DNA from: an uncultured Gammaproteobacteria bacterium
Lineage (GTDB): Bacteria > Pseudomonadota > Gammaproteobacteria > DRLM01
Direction: 5' to 3'
NCBI GenBank assembly: GCA_963729605.1
Contig: CAVSNY010000003.1
Span: 160,001 to 224,000 of the forward strand
DNA: 64,000 bases
Shown here: piece by piece, positions 41,829-51,987 of the stretch
Layout of the letters: each line of letters starts with the position of its first letter
How positions within the stretch are numbered: the stretch's first letter is position 1
Notes under the pieces: generated by a model
The model's input: only the letters and a program-made list of their open reading frames with translations
Told to the model about the DNA's origin: nothing
Databases searched by the model: none
Position numbers and translations under genes: made by a program

Positions 41829-42680
41829 ATGCTGAAATATGATTTGCATAGTCATTCCACCGCGTCCGACGGCACCTTGTCGCCGTCGGCGCTGGTGGAA
41901 CACGCCCGCCTCCGCGGCGTGGACGTGCTGGCCTTGACCGACCACGATGTGACCAGCGGCGTGGCCGAGGCGCAAGCGGCGGCGGCCGGTACGGGTTTGC
42001 GGGTGGTGGCGGGTGTCGAGGTGTCGGCGACCTGGAATCATCAGTTGCTGCATATTGTCGGATTGGGGGTGGACCCTGCGGCGCCGGCCCTGATCGCCGG
42101 GCTGGAGGGCCAGCGTGTTTTCCGGGTGTGGCGCGGCGAGGAGATCGGCCGCCGTCTCGAAAAGCGCGGTATCGCCGGGGCCCATGCGGGCGCGGCCGCC
42201 TTGGCCGAGGGGCCGGCGATCAGCCGTACCCACTTCGCCCGTTACCTGGTGGCGCAGGGCCATGCCCGGGATATGGCCAAGGCCTTCGACCGTTACCTCA
42301 AGCGCGGTAAGCCCGGTTATGTGCCGGGGCAATGGGCCGCGCTGGAGGAGGCCGTGGGCTGGATACGTGCCGCTGGCGGACAGGCGGTGGTGGCCCATCC
42401 CGCCCGTTACAAATTGAGCGCGACCCGCTTGCGGCAATTATTGGGTGAATTTAAGGAGCTGGGAGGCGCGGCGGTGGAGGTGATCTCGGGCAGCCAGCCC
42501 CACGGCGCGACGCCGGCCTTGGCGCGTTATGCCCGGCAGTTTGATTTGCGGGCATCGGTGGGTTCGGATTATCACGGGCCGGGCCAGGGACCCAATGAAT
42601 TGGGCCGGATGCCGCCCTTGCCGGCGGACTGCGTGCCGGTGTGGGAAGATTGGCTCGAACCGATCCGCCCGGCGGTCTGA
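41829..42680 (+). CDS. yciV: PHP-domain nuclease/phosphatase (YciV/RNase AM family)
   Basis: DLHSHSTASDG, LTDHD, GVE.S, AHP.RY, GSDYHG. Confidence 0.88.
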   Translation: MLKYDLHSHSTASDGTLSPSALVEHARLRGVDVLALTDHDVTSGVAEAQAAAAGTGLRVVAGVEVSATWNHQLLHIVGLGVDPAAPALIAGLEGQRVFRVWRGEEIGRRLEKRGIAGAHAGAAALAEGPAISRTHFARYLVAQGHARDMAKAFDRYLKRGKPGYVPGQWAALEEAVGWIRAAGGQAVVAHPARYKLSATRLRQLLGEFKELGGAAVEVISGSQPHGATPALARYARQFDLRASVGSDYHGPGQGPNELGRMPPLPADCVPVWEDWLEPIRPAV

Positions 42681-42725
42681 AGGTATTTTGATTCGCGGGC
42701 CGTGCCCGCTCACAATGGATGTCTT

Positions 42726-43358
42726 ATGTCGCGTTTCGTCGTCATTCACCCCGAGAATCCCCAGCCCCGTTTGATCGGGCAGGTGGTGGAATGCCTGGCC
42801 GAGGGCGGGGTGGTGGTGTATCCCACCGATTCCAGTTATGCCTTGGGTTGCCGCATCGGCGATAAGGAGGCGATGGAACGGATCCGCCGCATCCGCCAAC
42901 TCGACGAAAAACACAATTTCTCCCTGGTGTGCCGCGATTTGTCCGAGATCGCCACCTATGCCATGGTGGATAATTCGGCCTATCGCTTGCTGCGCGCGCT
43001 CACGCCGGGGCCTTACACTTTCATTTTGCAGGCCACCAGGCAAGTGCCGCGCCGTCTACAACACCCCAAGCGCAAGACCGTGGGTATCCGGGTGCCGGAC
43101 AATCTCATCGCCCAGGCGATACTCGCCGCGGTGGGTGAGCCCTTGATGAGCTCGACTTTGGTATTGCCGGGCGAGGATATGGCCCTCACCGATCCCTACG
43201 ACATGCAAGCCTTGCTGGGCGAACGGGTCGAGATGATAGTGGACGGCGGTTATTGCGGTTTCGAACTCACCACGGTGGTGGACATGACCGAGGGCGTACC
43301 CCAGGTGTTGCGGGTGGGCAAGGGCGATCCCAATATTTTTTTCGCGCAGGCGGGATAG
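42726..43358 (+). CDS. yciO: Sua5/YciO family protein
   Basis: HPENPQPRLI, PTDSSYALGC, PGPYTFIL, GIRVP. Confidence 0.9.
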   Translation: MSRFVVIHPENPQPRLIGQVVECLAEGGVVVYPTDSSYALGCRIGDKEAMERIRRIRQLDEKHNFSLVCRDLSEIATYAMVDNSAYRLLRALTPGPYTFILQATRQVPRRLQHPKRKTVGIRVPDNLIAQAILAAVGEPLMSSTLVLPGEDMALTDPYDMQALLGERVEMIVDGGYCGFELTTVVDMTEGVPQVLRVGKGDPNIFFAQAG

Positions 43359-43547
43359 CGGCACCGGCGGCGTATCTGCGGGGTCGGGCCGGTCAAGCCA
43401 CGGGCCGGAATGCCCATAGAGATCACGATAACGATTTATCTAAAGGACACGTCATGAATTTTCACAGCGGCCGGGCGCGGCCGCCACACCGGGCAATCAA
43501 TACCCCGCCCCGGTCGCCGTGCACCCTAAAACAGGTATACTCCGCCG

Positions 43548-44201
43548 ATGCAAGAGCTTAACTTTGTGCAGCAATTGGCGGTATGGGCGCTGCCGGTGCT
43601 CTTCGCCATCACCGTCCACGAAGTCGCCCATGGCTGGGTGGCCCGCCAGCTGGGTGATCCCACCGCCATGATGCTGGGGCGATTGACCCTCAATCCTCTC
43701 AAACACATCGATCCCATCGGCACGGTGCTGGTGCCGATCGCGCTATTGTTTCTGGGCGGCGTGCTGTTCGGCTGGGCCAAACCGGTGCCCATCACCACCG
43801 AGAATCTCCGCAATCCCAAACGCGACATGGCCTTGGTCGCCGCCGCCGGGCCGCTCGCCAATCTGCTGATGGCCCTCATCTGGGCCTTGATCATGAAGCT
43901 GGTGCTGGTCATGTCGGGCAGTTTCGCCGGCTTGGCCTTGCCCCTCAGTTATATGTGCGTCGCGGGTATCACCATTAACGTCATCCTGCTGGTGCTGAAT
44001 CTTCTGCCCATACCGCCCCTGGACGGCAGCCGGGTGGTGTCGGGCCTGCTGCCCGGTCCCTGGGCGTGGCAGTACAATCGCATTGAGCCCTATGGTTTGT
44101 TCATCTTGCTGGGGCTGATGTTGGCCGGGATATTGGGTAAAGTGTTGTCGCCGCCGGTGATGTGGATCCAGACCGGCCTATATCACCTGATGGGTCTGTG
44201 A
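43548..44201 (+). CDS. Site-2 protease (M50) family protein
   Basis: HEVAHG, AGPLAN, NLLPIPPLDG. Confidence 0.92.
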   Translation: MQELNFVQQLAVWALPVLFAITVHEVAHGWVARQLGDPTAMMLGRLTLNPLKHIDPIGTVLVPIALLFLGGVLFGWAKPVPITTENLRNPKRDMALVAAAGPLANLLMALIWALIMKLVLVMSGSFAGLALPLSYMCVAGITINVILLVLNLLPIPPLDGSRVVSGLLPGPWAWQYNRIEPYGLFILLGLMLAGILGKVLSPPVMWIQTGLYHLMGL

Positions 44202-44255
44202 TTAATTCCAACTCTAATAAGATAGTTTAAACAGTTAATTTATTTAGGGAGAAGG

Positions 44256-45476
44256 GTGTTGAGCGTCATTCCCAACCAGCCGCGGCGAGTGCTGTCGGGC
44301 ATGCGGCCGACCGGCCGTCTGCACCTGGGCCATTATCACGGCGTTTTGAAAAACTGGCTGCAATTGCAGCATGAATACGACTGCTATTTTTTCGTGGCCG
44401 ATTGGCATGCGCTGACCACCGATTACGAAAACCCCCGCGACATCGGCGCCAACACCTGGGAGATGCTCATCGACTGGCTGGCGGTGGGGGTCAATCCCAA
44501 GGCCGCCAAGCTGTTCATCCAGTCGCGGGTGCCGGAGCACGCCGAGCTGCATCTCCTGCTGTCGATGATGACACCCCTCGGCTGGCTGGAACGGGTGCCC
44601 ACTTATAAAGACCAGCAGGAGAAGCTCAAGGAAAAAGACCTGGCCACCTACGGTTTTCTCGGTTATCCGTTATTGCAGGCGGCGGACATTCTCATTTATA
44701 AAGCCACCTCGGTGCCGGTGGGCGAGGATCAAGTGGTGCATATCGAACTGGCGCGGGAAGTGGCGCGCCGCTTCAACCATTTGTACGGCCGCGAGCCGGA
44801 CTTCGCGGAAAAGGCCGAGGCCGCCGCCCGCAAAATGGGAAAGAAGAACGGCAAACTCTACAGTGAGTTGCGAAAGAAGTTTCAAGAAACCGGTGATCAA
44901 CAGGCCTTGGCCACCGCGCGGGCCTTGCTCGAATCGCAGCAAAATATCACCCTCGGCGACCGCGAGCGCCTGTTCGGTTATCTGGAAGGGGTGAGCCGGG
45001 TCATCCTGCCCGAGCCCCACCCCTTGCTGACGCCGATGGCCAAGATGCCCGGTCTGGACGGCCAAAAGATGTCCAAGTCCTACGGCAACACCATCGGCCT
45101 GCGCGAGGAGCCGGAGGCGGTGAGGAATAAACTGAAGACCATGCCCACCGACCCGGCGCGGGTGCGGCGCACCGATCCCGGCAATCCCGAGAAATGTCCG
45201 GTCTGGCAATTCCATAAGGTGTATTCTTCCGACGAGGTGAAGAACTGGGTGGTGCAAGGTTGCACCAGCGCGGGCATCGGTTGTCTCGACTGCAAGCAGC
45301 ACATCGTCGATGCGGTGCTGGTGGAACAGGCGCCGATCCGGGAACGAGCGGTGGAATTTTCAAACGATATCAGCCTAGTGCGCACTATCGTTTCCGAGGG
45401 TTGTGAAGAGGCGCGCGACGTGGCCCGCGCCACCTTGAGCGAAGTGCGGCATGCCCTCGGCCTGCAATCAAAATGA
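44256..45476 (+). CDS. trpS: Tryptophan--tRNA ligase
   Basis: SGMRPTGRLHLGHY, YPLLQAADIL, VPVGEDQ, KMSKS. Confidence 0.96.
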   Translation: MLSVIPNQPRRVLSGMRPTGRLHLGHYHGVLKNWLQLQHEYDCYFFVADWHALTTDYENPRDIGANTWEMLIDWLAVGVNPKAAKLFIQSRVPEHAELHLLLSMMTPLGWLERVPTYKDQQEKLKEKDLATYGFLGYPLLQAADILIYKATSVPVGEDQVVHIELAREVARRFNHLYGREPDFAEKAEAAARKMGKKNGKLYSELRKKFQETGDQQALATARALLESQQNITLGDRERLFGYLEGVSRVILPEPHPLLTPMAKMPGLDGQKMSKSYGNTIGLREEPEAVRNKLKTMPTDPARVRRTDPGNPEKCPVWQFHKVYSSDEVKNWVVQGCTSAGIGCLDCKQHIVDAVLVEQAPIRERAVEFSNDISLVRTIVSEGCEEARDVARATLSEVRHALGLQSK

Positions 45477-45501
45477 CTATGAAGAAACGGCTTTGCCACA
45501 C

Positions 45502-46350
45502 ATGACTCAAGTAGTAGCTGACATTCCAGTCGCCGAACGGCCGCTGCCAACGCTGGCGATGGTCTTGGGCAGTCCGGTCACCGAGCTGCCCAAAGACCTC
45601 TACATCCCGCCGGACGCGCTCGAGATATTCTTGGAGGCCTTCGAAGGGCCGCTGGACCTGTTGCTGTATCTGATCCGGCGGCAGAACATCGAGATCCTCG
45701 ATATCCCCATCGCCGAGATCACCCGCCAGTACATGGTGTATGTGGAGGTGATGAAGGGCATCCGCCTCGAACTGGCCGCGGAATACTTGGTGATGGCCGC
45801 CATGCTGGCGGAGATCAAATCCCGCATGCTGTTGCCGCGGCCCAAGACCGAGGAGGGCGAGGAGGAAGACCCGCGCGCCGAACTGATACGCCGCTTGCAG
45901 GAATACGAGCGTTTCAAAAAGGCCGCCGAGGATATAGACGCGTTGCCGCGCATGGAACGCGACAGCTTTCCGGTCAGTATCGAGCGGCCGCTGCGCAGCG
46001 GTCCCCGCCCGCATCCGGCGGTGAGTTTGGAGGAACTGCTGCTGGCCTTCAAAGACGTGTTGACCCGCGCCGAGATGTTTTCCAACCATCACGTGCAGAT
46101 GGAGCCTTTGTCGGTGCGCGAGCGCATGTCCGACATCTTGAGTGCGGTCAGCGCCGACAAATTCACCGCCTTCGCCGGCTTGTTCAAACCCGAAGAGGGG
46201 CGCATGGGGGTGGTGGTGAGTTTTCTCGCCGTGTTGGAACTCATCAAGGAATCCTTGCTTGAGTTGATACAAACCGAAGCCTATGGCCCGATTTACGTAA
46301 GAGTCCCGAGTCATGCAGATGAACCCGCAGCAGTTGAAGAATATTCTTGA
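45502..46350 (+). CDS. scpA: Segregation/condensation protein A
   Basis: FEGPLDLLLYLI, AEYLVMAA..IKSRMLLP, FLAVLEL. Confidence 0.95.
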   Translation: MTQVVADIPVAERPLPTLAMVLGSPVTELPKDLYIPPDALEIFLEAFEGPLDLLLYLIRRQNIEILDIPIAEITRQYMVYVEVMKGIRLELAAEYLVMAAMLAEIKSRMLLPRPKTEEGEEEDPRAELIRRLQEYERFKKAAEDIDALPRMERDSFPVSIERPLRSGPRPHPAVSLEELLLAFKDVLTRAEMFSNHHVQMEPLSVRERMSDILSAVSADKFTAFAGLFKPEEGRMGVVVSFLAVLELIKESLLELIQTEAYGPIYVRVPSHADEPAAVEEYS

Positions 46351-47053
46351 AGCCACTTTGCTGGCCGCCGGCCAGCCCATGAACATGGAAAAACTCCAGG
46401 AAGTTTTTCCCGAAGAGGCGTGCCCGGAGCCCGAGCTCCTGCGCGAGGCCTTGCGCGCGCTGGCGGAGGATTGCGCCGGACGCGGCATCGAACTCAAGGA
46501 AGTGGGCAGCGGCTTCCGCCTGCAAGTGAAACAGGAATACGCGCCCTGGGTGGCGCGCCTCAGCGAAGAAAAGGCGCCGCGTTATTCCCGCGCGCTGCTG
46601 GAGACCCTGGTGCTGATCGCCTATCGGCAGCCGATCAGCCGCGCCGAGATTGAAGACATCCGCGGCGTCAGCGTCAGCACCCATATCATCAAAACCCTGC
46701 AAGAGCGCGAATGGGTGCGGGTGGTGGGCCACCGCGAGGTGCCGGGCAGGCCCGCGCTGTACGGCACGACCCGGGATTTTCTCGATTATTTCAACTTGAA
46801 GAGTCTCAGCCAACTACCCGCCTTGTCGGAGATTCGCAGCCTCGAGGCCATCGCCGCGGACATCGACAATCTCCTGCCGCCGCCGCTCGCCGCCGCGGGT
46901 GAAGAGGGCGAACCCCCCGTCGCCGCCGAGCCGCTCGCGGCGGAAAACGCCGAGCCGGGCGCCGGCGATTCCGACGGCGACGGACCCGTCACCGAGGAGG
47001 CCGATGCTTCCGCCACGGCGCCGGACCCGGCCGCCGCGCCCACCGTGCACTGA
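46313..47053 (+). CDS. scpB: Segregation/condensation protein B
   Basis: SRALLETL.LIAYRQP, IRGV, GRPALYGTT..FLDYF.L. Confidence 0.95.
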   Translation: MQMNPQQLKNILEATLLAAGQPMNMEKLQEVFPEEACPEPELLREALRALAEDCAGRGIELKEVGSGFRLQVKQEYAPWVARLSEEKAPRYSRALLETLVLIAYRQPISRAEIEDIRGVSVSTHIIKTLQEREWVRVVGHREVPGRPALYGTTRDFLDYFNLKSLSQLPALSEIRSLEAIAADIDNLLPPPLAAAGEEGEPPVAAEPLAAENAEPGAGDSDGDGPVTEEADASATAPDPAAAPTVH

Positions 47054-47062
47054 GATTTTCCG

Positions 47063-48151
47063 ATGACCGAACGTTTGCAAAAATGGCTGGCCCGCGCCGG
47101 TTTGGGCGCGCGCCGGACCATGGAAGACTGGATACGCGCCGGCCGCGTCACGGTCAACGGCGCGCCCGCCGAATTGGGCATGAGTGTCAATGAGGGCGAC
47201 ACGGTGTGCGTCGACGGCCGCGCCATCGCCGCGCCGCCGCCGGCCGAGATGACCCGGCCGCGGGTGCTGCTCTACTACAAACCCACCGGTGAAATCTGCA
47301 CCCAGTCCGATCCCGAAGGCCGTCCCACGGTATTCGACCGTCTGCCCAAAGTGGGCGGACGCTGGATCGCGGTCGGCCGTCTCGATCTCAATACCCTGGG
47401 CGTGCTGCTGTTCACCAACGACGGTGAACTCGCCAATCGTTTGATGCATCCATCCAGCGAGATCGAACGCGAATACGCGGTACGGGTGCTGGGCACGGTC
47501 GATGCCGCGGCGCTCACCCGCTTGCGCAAGGGCGTGATGCTGGAAGACGGCCCCGCCCATTTCGACGCGCTGGTGGATGCCGGCGGCGAAGGCATGAATC
47601 ATTGGTATAACGTGGTGCTGCGCGAAGGGCGCAACCGCGAGGTGCGGCGCATGTGGGAATCGCAGGGCGTCACCGTGAGTCGTTTGATGCGGGTGCGCTT
47701 CGGGCCGATCACCCTGCCGCGCTTTTTGAAGCCGGGTCAGTCGCGCGAATTGGAATTGGACGACATCAACCTGCTGCGCCGCGCCGCCGGTCTCGATGAA
47801 CTTTCCGCGACCGCGCCGACCCGTCGCCGCGCGCCGCCGAGATCGCGGCCGGCGGCCGGCCGTACCGAGCGAGCCAACACGCGCGTGGTGCGGGGAAAGA
47901 CCGAGACCTATTCAAACGCCCCGCCGCCGCGCCGAGGGGCGGAGCCGCGGGCGGGCCGTGACCGGCAAGCGCGGGGTGAGGCGGACAAGACGGCAGGACG
48001 GACTCGCCGCCCATCCGCGCGAACCGGTCCGTCGGCGGTTGACGAGAGGCCGCGTTCGCGAGGACGCTCGGCGCCCGCCGCACCCCGCGGCGGACGTCCC
48101 GCGACTCCTCGCACACCGCGCAAGCCGGCGGCCCCCGCCCGTAAGAAATGA
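47063..48151 (+). CDS. rluB: 23S rRNA pseudouridine synthase RluB
   Basis: S4 domain [21 protein letters not shown]; basic disordered tail. Confidence 0.9.
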   Translation: MTERLQKWLARAGLGARRTMEDWIRAGRVTVNGAPAELGMSVNEGDTVCVDGRAIAAPPPAEMTRPRVLLYYKPTGEICTQSDPEGRPTVFDRLPKVGGRWIAVGRLDLNTLGVLLFTNDGELANRLMHPSSEIEREYAVRVLGTVDAAALTRLRKGVMLEDGPAHFDALVDAGGEGMNHWYNVVLREGRNREVRRMWESQGVTVSRLMRVRFGPITLPRFLKPGQSRELELDDINLLRRAAGLDELSATAPTRRRAPPRSRPAAGRTERANTRVVRGKTETYSNAPPPRRGAEPRAGRDRQARGEADKTAGRTRRPSARTGPSAVDERPRSRGRSAPAAPRGGRPATPRTPRKPAAPARKK

Positions 48152-48849
48152 GTCTGCGGCGGGTATACGACCGGCTCCATCAACACCATGGGCCGCAACA
48201 CTGGTGGCCGGCCCGCAGCGCCTTTGAAGTGATGGTCGGCGCGGTGCTCACCCAAAACACGGCGTGGACCAATGTCGAGCGGGCCATCGTCAATCTGCGC
48301 AAGGCGCGGGCCTTGAGCGCGCCGCGGATCATGGCCGTGCCGGTCGAGACCCTGGCGGAGTGGCTGCGGCCCGCCGGTTATTTTAACGTGAAGGCCCGCC
48401 GGCTGCGCAATTTCTGCGAATGGTATCTCGCCGTTGGTGGCCTGCGGGCCTTGCGTCGCTGGGACACCGGGCGTTTGCGCGCGGGCTTGTTGAGCGTCAA
48501 CGGCGTCGGGCCGGAGACCGCCGACGATATCCTGCTCTACGCCTTTCAGCGCCCGGTGTTCGTGATCGACGCCTACACCCGGCGCATCCTGGCGCGCCAT
48601 GGTTTAGTCTCGGGCGACGAGGATTATGAAACCCTGCGCCGGCACATCGAGCGCGACCTGGCGGGAGAGGGGCTGGCTGAACCGGCCTTGGTGACCTTGT
48701 ATAACGAATATCACGCCCTGATCGTGCGGCATGCCAAGGACGTGTGCCGCCCGCGGCCGCGTTGCGAGATCTGCGTGTTGCGCAACGATTGCACCGCCGC
48801 GCAAGCGCTGGAGGTTTTGCCCCGGCCCGTGCGGATGAACAAGCGGTGA
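48148..48849 (+). CDS. Endonuclease III-related HhH-GPD protein
   Basis: WWP...[28 protein letters not shown] FeS motif. Confidence 0.88.
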   Translation: MSLRRVYDRLHQHHGPQHWWPARSAFEVMVGAVLTQNTAWTNVERAIVNLRKARALSAPRIMAVPVETLAEWLRPAGYFNVKARRLRNFCEWYLAVGGLRALRRWDTGRLRAGLLSVNGVGPETADDILLYAFQRPVFVIDAYTRRILARHGLVSGDEDYETLRRHIERDLAGEGLAEPALVTLYNEYHALIVRHAKDVCRPRPRCEICVLRNDCTAAQALEVLPRPVRMNKR

Positions 48850-48913
48850 CGATAAGAGGATGGGGAAATTATTCCTCTCTGTATTTCTCCCGCTAGCGGC
48901 GAATGCACGATGA

Positions 48914-49033
48914 TTGAGAGCGTACCTCAACATCATTTCCCCCTCTCCCCTCGTGGGAGAGGGCTTGGGGAGAGGGGATGAGAACGAAGAGAACATTCAA
49001 AAACGCGGTGATTCATTTTGAAATGGGTTCTAA
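48914..49033 (-). mobile_element. MITE-like ~120-bp element carrying a REP-like hairpin
   Basis: Reverse complement aligns with 54330-54430; imperfect terminal inverted repeats TAGAACCCATTTCAAAA / GAGAGCGTACCTCAACA. Confidence 0.6.
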
Positions 49034-49202
49034 TAAAATTCATGTTGAATCGCCAACAACGAGGCAGCGTCTTTTTTCCGGCCGAGCCTATTTTCTTGGT
49101 ATCCTTTGCTCCCCGGCGGCGGATAAGATTTTTTGCCTCGCTCTATAATGACCCCCACTTCACTGCGGCGCGCCGCTCCATTTTGTGATTTAATGCCTCG
49201 CC

Positions 49203-50450
49203 ATGTTTAAACCAGTCGAACTCTTCATCGGCCTGCGCTATACCCGCGCCAAACGCCGCAATCATTTCATCTCCTTCATCGCCCTCATCTCGATGGCGGG
49301 TATCGCCTTGGGCGTGATGGCGTTAATCACCGTGCTGTCGGTGATGAACGGTTTTGAAAAGGAGCTGCGCACCCGCATTCTGGGCGTGGTGGCGCACACC
49401 ACCGTCAGCAGCGCGCACGGTCCGCTTCAGGATTGGCCCGCCCTGCAGGCGCGACTCAAGGGCTATCCGAATGTGGTGGGTACCGCGCCTTACATCAGCG
49501 GCGAAGGCATGCTCAGCGTCGGGCCGTCGGTGAGCGGCACCTTGATCCGCGGCCTGATGCCGGACGAGGAGGGCGCGGTGTCCGATGTGGGCCGCAAGAT
49601 GGTGAGCGGCCGTTTGGAGGATTTGGCGCCGGGGGAATTCGGCATCATTCTCGGCAAGGAGCTGGCGCTGCGTTTGGGCGTGTGGCGCGGCGACAAGGTG
49701 ACCCTGATTATCCCCTCCGCCACGATTACCCCGGCGGGGATATTGCCGCGCATGAAACGCTTCACGGTGGTGGGCGTATTCGAGATCGGCATGTACGAAT
49801 ACGACAACGCCCTGGCCTTGCTGCATATCGACGACGCCGCCAAATTGTTCCGTTTCGGCGACGGGGTGAGCGGATTGAGGCTCAAGCTCGACGACATGAT
49901 GCGCGCGCCGTGGGTGACCCGCGACTTGGTGCAGAGCCTGCCCGCCGGTTATGTGGTGAGCGACTGGACGCGGGAGCACGTCAATTTTTTCCGGGCGGTG
50001 CGCACCGAGAAAACCGTGATGTTCGTGATCCTGTTGCTGATCGTAGCGGTGGCGGCCTTCAACATCGTCTCCACCTTGGTGATGATGGTGCGCGACAAGG
50101 AGGCGGACATCGCGGTGCTGCGCACCCTCGGCGCCACGCCGCGCAGCATCATGCTCATCTTCATGATCCAAGGCGTGGTGATCGGCGTGGTGGGCACGCT
50201 GTTGGGCGGGGTGGGCGGCAGCTTGCTGGCCTTTAATATCGAAACCATCGTGCCGGCCATCGAACGGCTGTTCAGCGTGGAATTCCTGGCCGCCGATGTT
50301 TACTACATCAGCAGTCTGCCTTCCGACCCGCATCTCAAGGACATCATCCAGATTTGCGGCGTGTCGATGCTGCTCAGTTTGTTCGCCACGATTTATCCCG
50401 CCTGGCGCGCGGCGCGCACCCAGCCGGCGGAGGCCTTACGTTATGAGTAG
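49203..50450 (+). CDS. lolC: Lipoprotein-releasing ABC transporter permease (LolC/E type)
   Basis: [52 protein letters not shown]. Confidence 0.92.
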   Translation: MFKPVELFIGLRYTRAKRRNHFISFIALISMAGIALGVMALITVLSVMNGFEKELRTRILGVVAHTTVSSAHGPLQDWPALQARLKGYPNVVGTAPYISGEGMLSVGPSVSGTLIRGLMPDEEGAVSDVGRKMVSGRLEDLAPGEFGIILGKELALRLGVWRGDKVTLIIPSATITPAGILPRMKRFTVVGVFEIGMYEYDNALALLHIDDAAKLFRFGDGVSGLRLKLDDMMRAPWVTRDLVQSLPAGYVVSDWTREHVNFFRAVRTEKTVMFVILLLIVAVAAFNIVSTLVMMVRDKEADIAVLRTLGATPRSIMLIFMIQGVVIGVVGTLLGGVGGSLLAFNIETIVPAIERLFSVEFLAADVYYISSLPSDPHLKDIIQICGVSMLLSLFATIYPAWRAARTQPAEALRYE

Positions 50451-51123
50451 CGCGGTCATCCGTTGTCGACATCTCGCCAAGACCTACACTGAAGGCCCGA
50501 CCGCGGTGGAAGTGCTGGCCGATGTCAGCCTGGAAGTCATGCCGGGCGAGCGGCTCGCCATCATCGGTTCATCGGGTTCGGGCAAAAGCACCCTGCTGCA
50601 TTTATTGGGCGGACTGGACACGCCGACCCGCGGCGAGGTGTGGGTGGACGGCGCCGACATGGGCAAGCTGGACGACGTGGCGCGCGGCCGCTTGCGCAAC
50701 CGGGCCTTGGGTTTCGTTTATCAATTTCATCATCTGCTGCCGGAATTCAGCGCGTTGGAAAACGTCTGCATGCCGTTGCTGATTCGCGGCGCCGCGCCGC
50801 GCGAGGCGCAGGCGCAGGCGCAACCGCTGTTGGAACGGGTGGGACTGGGGCATCGCCTGCATCACAAGCCGGGCGAATTATCGGGCGGCGAGCGGCAGCG
50901 CGCGGCGGTGGCGCGGGCCTTGGTCACCCAGCCCAAGTGCGTGCTGGCCGACGAGCCCACCGGCAACCTCGACTACAAAACCGCCGATCAGGTTTACGAT
51001 TTGATGCTGGAACTCAATCAAATCTACGGCACCAGTTTCGTAGTGGTGACCCATGACCCCCGTCTCGCGCAGCGCCTCGACAGGACGCTGGTCCTCGAAA
51101 AGGGAATATTGCGGGCGGAGTGA
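50443..51123 (+). CDS. lolD: Lipoprotein-releasing ABC transporter ATPase
   Basis: [39 protein letters not shown]. Confidence 0.95.
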   Translation: MSSAVIRCRHLAKTYTEGPTAVEVLADVSLEVMPGERLAIIGSSGSGKSTLLHLLGGLDTPTRGEVWVDGADMGKLDDVARGRLRNRALGFVYQFHHLLPEFSALENVCMPLLIRGAAPREAQAQAQPLLERVGLGHRLHHKPGELSGGERQRAAVARALVTQPKCVLADEPTGNLDYKTADQVYDLMLELNQIYGTSFVVVTHDPRLAQRLDRTLVLEKGILRAE

Positions 51124-51418
51124 AGACGGCTTGCGCTGGTGCGTGCGTCGTCAACTCAGGAACAGAAACCGCCTCTCCTTGTAATCAGGAGGGGTGCGCC
51201 CCGCGGGGGCGAGGTAGTAGATGCGCCGTGCCTCCGAATGATACGAGCACTGCGCTTTGCGCCCACCACCCCGGCGCTATCGCCCCATCTTTCCTCACAA
51301 AGAGGCGGGGAGAATCAAACCGCACCGTAGACGGGGCGAGCCCCGCGAACCCCGGCGCGACCTTGCCGGCGCGTAGGCATCGCCTACCGTGGGTTTCGGC
51401 AACGGCGGCCCTGCCTGG

Positions 51419-51958
51419 TTAAGGCATGTTAGGTGGGCGACGCTTGTGGCGTTTGCGTTTGATATAACGCACCACATGCAGCCGCCACAAAAAACGGATT
51501 AGCAGATTGCCCAGCACGGCGCTGACCGTGGCGAGAATAAAGCAGCCCAATAGAAACGGTTGCCAGATCAGGGTAAGCTCCTGCTTCAGCCATTCCAACG
51601 ACACCTCGAAGGTTACCGCGCGCATGGGCGTGTCGAGTAGCCACGATCCAAGTTTATAAGCCGTATAAAACACCGGCGGCATGGTGATGGGGTTGGTAAG
51701 CCAGACCAGGCTCGCCGCGATGGGTACGTTGACCCGGAAGGGGATCGCGAGCGCCGCCGCCAGCACCATTTGAAACGGAATGGGGATGAAGGCCGCGAAC
51801 AGGCCGACCGATGCCGCCCCCGATACCGAACGGCGATTGAGGTGCCAGAGATTGGGGTCGTGGAGGAGCTTGCCAAAAAAACGCAAATGCTTGTGATCGC
51901 GGATCCGGCGGTGATCGGGGAGGTAGCGTTTGATTATCCTTTTCGGCACAACAATCAC
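51419..51958 (-). CDS. DUF2062 membrane protein
   Basis: LWHLNRRSV, WLTNP.T; typical position between lolD and comEC. Confidence 0.85.
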   Translation of the reverse strand: MIVVPKRIIKRYLPDHRRIRDHKHLRFFGKLLHDPNLWHLNRRSVSGAASVGLFAAFIPIPFQMVLAAALAIPFRVNVPIAASLVWLTNPITMPPVFYTAYKLGSWLLDTPMRAVTFEVSLEWLKQELTLIWQPFLLGCFILATVSAVLGNLLIRFLWRLHVVRYIKRKRHKRRPPNMP

Positions 51959-51987
51959 CAGCCGTGGTCTTGGCGCGAGGGCCCATT

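Noticed and set aside
44770-45000. Insertion of about 70 aa in TrpS as an intein or novelty
   Set aside because: No intein termini; long TrpS forms with such a helical insert are common in beta/gammaproteobacteria
51300-51410. GTAG-started palindromes between lolD and DUF2062
   Set aside because: Too degenerate to assign to the RAYT REP family with confidence
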